From: Mobula hypostoma
Taxonomy: Eukaryota
Reading direction: 5' to 3'
Assembly (NCBI RefSeq): GCF_963921235.1
Contig: NC_086097.1
Location: forward strand, 27,282,001 to 27,346,000
Length of the DNA stretch: 64,000 nucleotides
The translations under genes and the position numbers were made by a program. The notes under the pieces were generated by a model. The model saw only the letters and a list, made by a program, of their open reading frames with translations, did not search any database and had not been told where the DNA came from. Shown here piece after piece: positions 61,106 to 64,000 of this stretch. How positions within the stretch are numbered: the stretch's first letter is position 1; each line of letters starts with the position of its first letter.

Positions 61106-61739
61106 TATAAACGTAAACACCATGAAATATGCAGATACTGGAATTTCAAGCAACACACACAAAAAATGCTGGTGAACGCAGCAGGCCAGGCAGCATCTAT
61201 AGGAAGAGGTACAGTCGACATTTTGGGCCGAGACCCTTCGTTAGGACTAACTGAAAGAAGAGATAGTAAGAGATTTGAAAGTGGGAGGGGGAGGGGGAGA
61301 TCCGAAATGATAGGAGAAGACAGGAGGGGGAGGGATGGAGCTAAGAGTTGGAAGGTTGATTGGCAAAAGGGATATGAGGCTGGAGAAGGGAGAGGATCAT
61401 GGAACGGGAGGCCTAAGGGAGAAAGAAAGGGGGAGGAGGGGCAAGGAGTATAGTGAGAGGGACAGAGGGAGAAAAAGGAGAGAGAGAAAAAAAAATTAAT
61501 GATAATAATAATAATAAATAAATAAACAACAGATGGGGTACGAAAGGGAGGTGGGGCATTAACGGAAGTTAGAGAAGTGAATGTTCATGCCATCAGGTTG
61601 GAGGCTACCTAGGTGGAATATAAGGTATTGTTCCTCCAACCTGAGTGTGGCTTCATCTTGACAGTAGAGGAGGCTGTGGATAGACATATCAGAATGGGAA
61701 TGGGACGTGGAATTAAAATGTGTGGCCATCACTTTATTT

Positions 61740-63262
61740 TCACCATACTCTGAATTTTTTCGATGATTTTAAGTTCCCTGGCCCCCACCGCTTTATTTTC
61801 ACCATGGATGTTCAGTCCCTATATACTTCCATCCCCCACCAGGAAGGTCTCAAAGCTCTCCGCTTGTTTTTGGATTCCAGACCTAACCAGTTCCCCTCTA
61901 CCACCACTCTGCTCCGTCTAGCGGAATTAGTCCTTACTCTTAATAATTTCTCCTTTGGCTCCTCCCACTTCCTCCAAATTAAAGGTGTAGCTATGGGCAC
62001 CCGTATGGGTCCTAGCTATGCCTGCCTTTTTGTTGGCTTTGTGGAACAATCCATGTTCCAAACCTATACTGGTATCTGTCCCCCACTTCTCCTTTGCTAC
62101 ATCAACGACTGCATTGGTGCTGCTTCCTGCACGCATGCTGAGCTCGTTGACTTCATTAACTTTGCCTCCAACTTTCACCCTACCTTCAAGTTTACCTGGT
62201 CCATTTCCGACACCTCCCTCCCCTTTCTTGATCTTTCTGTCTCTATCTCTGGAGACACCTTATTTACTGATGTCTACTATAAGCCTATGGACTGTCACAG
62301 CTACCTGGACTGTTTCTGTTCTCACCCTGTCTCTTGCAAAAATGCCATCCCCTTCTCGCAATTCCTCCGACTCCGCCGCATCTGCTCTCAGGATGAGGCT
62401 TTTCATTCCAGGACGAAGGAAATGTCCTCCTCTTTTGAAGAAAGGGGCTTCCCTTCCTTCAGCATCAACACTGCTCTCAAACGCATCTCTCCCATTTCAT
62501 GCACATCTGCTCTCACCCCATCCTCCTGCCACCCCACTAGGAATAGGGTTCCCCTTGTCCTCACCTACCACCGCACCAGCCTCCCGGGTCCAACATATAA
62601 TTCTCCGTAACTTCCACCACCTCCAATGGGATCTCACCACTAAGCACATCTTTCCCTCCCCCCCACCCCCGCTTTCCGCAGGGATCGCTCCCTACGCGAC
62701 TCCCTTGTCCATTCGTCCCCCCTTCCCACTGATCTCCCTCCCAGCACTTATCTGTGTAAGCGGAACAAGTGCTACACATGTCCTTACACTTCCTCCCTTA
62801 CCACCATTCACAGCCCCAGACAGTCCTTCCAGGTGAGGCGACACTTCACCTGTGAGTCGGCTGGGGTGATATACTGCGTCCAGTGCTTCTGATGCGGCCT
62901 TCTATATATTGGCGAGACCCGACACAGGCTGGGAGACCGTTTCGCTGAACATAGAAACATAGAACCATAGAAAATAGGTGCAGGAGTAGGCCATTCAGCC
63001 CTTCGAGCCTGCACCGCCATTTATTATGATCATGGCTGATCATCCAACTCAGACCTACGCTCTGTCCGCCAGAGTAAGCAGGATCTCCCAGCGGCCACAC
63101 ATTTTAATTCCACATCCCATTCCCATTCTGATATGTCTATCCACGGCCTCCTCTACTGTCAAGATGAAGCCACGCTCAGGTTGGAGGAACAACATCTCAT
63201 ATTCCGTCTGGGCAGCCTCCAACCTGACGGCATGAACAGTGACTTCTCTAACTTCTGTTAAT
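61740..63262 (+). pseudogene. Disrupted PLE RT plus GIY-YIG ORF
   Basis: FTMDVQSLYTSIPH, KGVAMGTRMGPSYA, YIND in place of YIDD; frameshift near 62585; stop and an insertion in the GIY-YIG region. Confidence 0.85.
62951..63053 (-). mobile_element. ~100-bp CR1 3' tail nested in the PLE GIY-YIG region
   Basis: Reverse complement of 10058-10153; splits ...cgctgaaca|cctacgctctgtcc. Confidence 0.85.
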
Positions 63263-64000
63263 GCCCCTCCTCCCCCTTGTACCCCATCTGTTATTTATTT
63301 ATTTGTTTGTTTGTTTATTTTTTTCTCTCTCTCCTATTTCTCCCTCTCTCCCTCTCACTATACTCCTTGCCCATCCTCTGGGCTTCCCCCCTCCCCCTTT
63401 CTTTCTCCCTAGGCCTCTTGTCCCATGATCCTCTCCCTTCTCCAGCCTCATATCCCTTTTGCCAATCAACTTTCCAGCTCTTAGATCCACCCCACCCCTC
63501 CTGCCTCCAGCTATCATTTCGGATCTCCCCCTCCCCCTTTCAAATCTCTTGCTATCCCTTCTTTCAGTTAGTCCCAACGAAGGGTCTTGGCCCGAAATGT
63601 TGACTGTACCTCTTCCTATAGATGCTGCCTGGACTGCTGTGTTCACCAGCATTTTTTGAGTGTGTCACTTTGTGTTTTGATGTTTTCTTGCACATGTGAC
63701 AAATTAAGCTAATCCAAAATCTTTACACCATGGTGGTAGGTTCGCTGACTGTAAATTCCCCTGAACCTACCCCCATGCGTTTGGGATGAGAGAGGAAGCT
63801 GGAGATGGTGGGGGCTCAGGGAGAACATACGAACTGTACACAGGCAGCACTGGTAATTATAAGCAAAGCCAGGTCACTGGAGCTGAGAGGGAGCAACACT
63901 TCCTATCACACAACTTCACTGGTTCTTCTCCGTTTTTCTGATCTAAGGTAAGAACCTTCCAACCATTAGCAGTAAGATAAGGGGATGTTCAAACAGCAGG

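Larger units (their letters stand above)
61106..63664 (+). mobile_element. Penelope-like element, 5'-truncated, with inverted pLTR and 14-bp imperfect TSD
   Basis: Minus arm 61106-61728, plus body 61729-63664; TSD tcactgtgtgtttt (61092-61105) / tcactttgtgtttt (63665-63678). Confidence 0.9.
27755..64000 (-). other. TTC7B: Presumed last intron of TTC7B (continues beyond the window)
   Basis: Lies upstream of the acceptor; I found no further TTC7B-like exon by eye; content is almost all repeats. Confidence 0.6.

Noticed and set aside
27755..64000. Penultimate TTC7B exon (expected ...WYEEAL.ISP.HV.SMQRL)
   Set aside because: Not found by eye in the unique islands or the ORF track; probably outside the window. 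A tBLASTn with TTC7B would settle it.

Overview
Repeat-rich vertebrate genomic DNA. The repeat repertoire (CR1, L2/Rex-Babar LINEs, V-SINE-type tRNA SINEs, Penelope-like elements, Tc1 remnants) suggests a cartilaginous fish, probably a ray; this is an inference. The only host coding sequence I can support is the last exon of TTC7B on the minus strand (27533-27754). It is followed by a probable ~3.9 kb, transposon-free 3' UTR (to ~23630). Everything to the right appears to be a >36 kb intron, and everything to the left appears intergenic. Nearly all other ORFs in the track are retroelement fragments, antisense shadows or low-complexity sequence. The most interesting structure is a Penelope-like element (PLE) family carrying a 36-nt minimal type I hammerhead ribozyme (AGTC-CTGAYGA-AGG/CCT-GAAA-CGTC-GACT), with about 20 intact or decayed copies. 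These include two inverted-pLTR insertions with target-site duplications (one encodes an uninterrupted GIY-YIG ORF), a 114-bp solo insertion, and a tandem two-ribozyme cassette with 214-nt spacing that resembles a retrozyme. Minimal hammerheads in PLEs are an established phenomenon; the specific cassette, the shared 5' boundaries and the position relative to TTC7B are the parts worth testing. There is no prokaryotic-type system (CRISPR, operon). Repeat boundaries were read by eye and are approximate unless a TSD is quoted.
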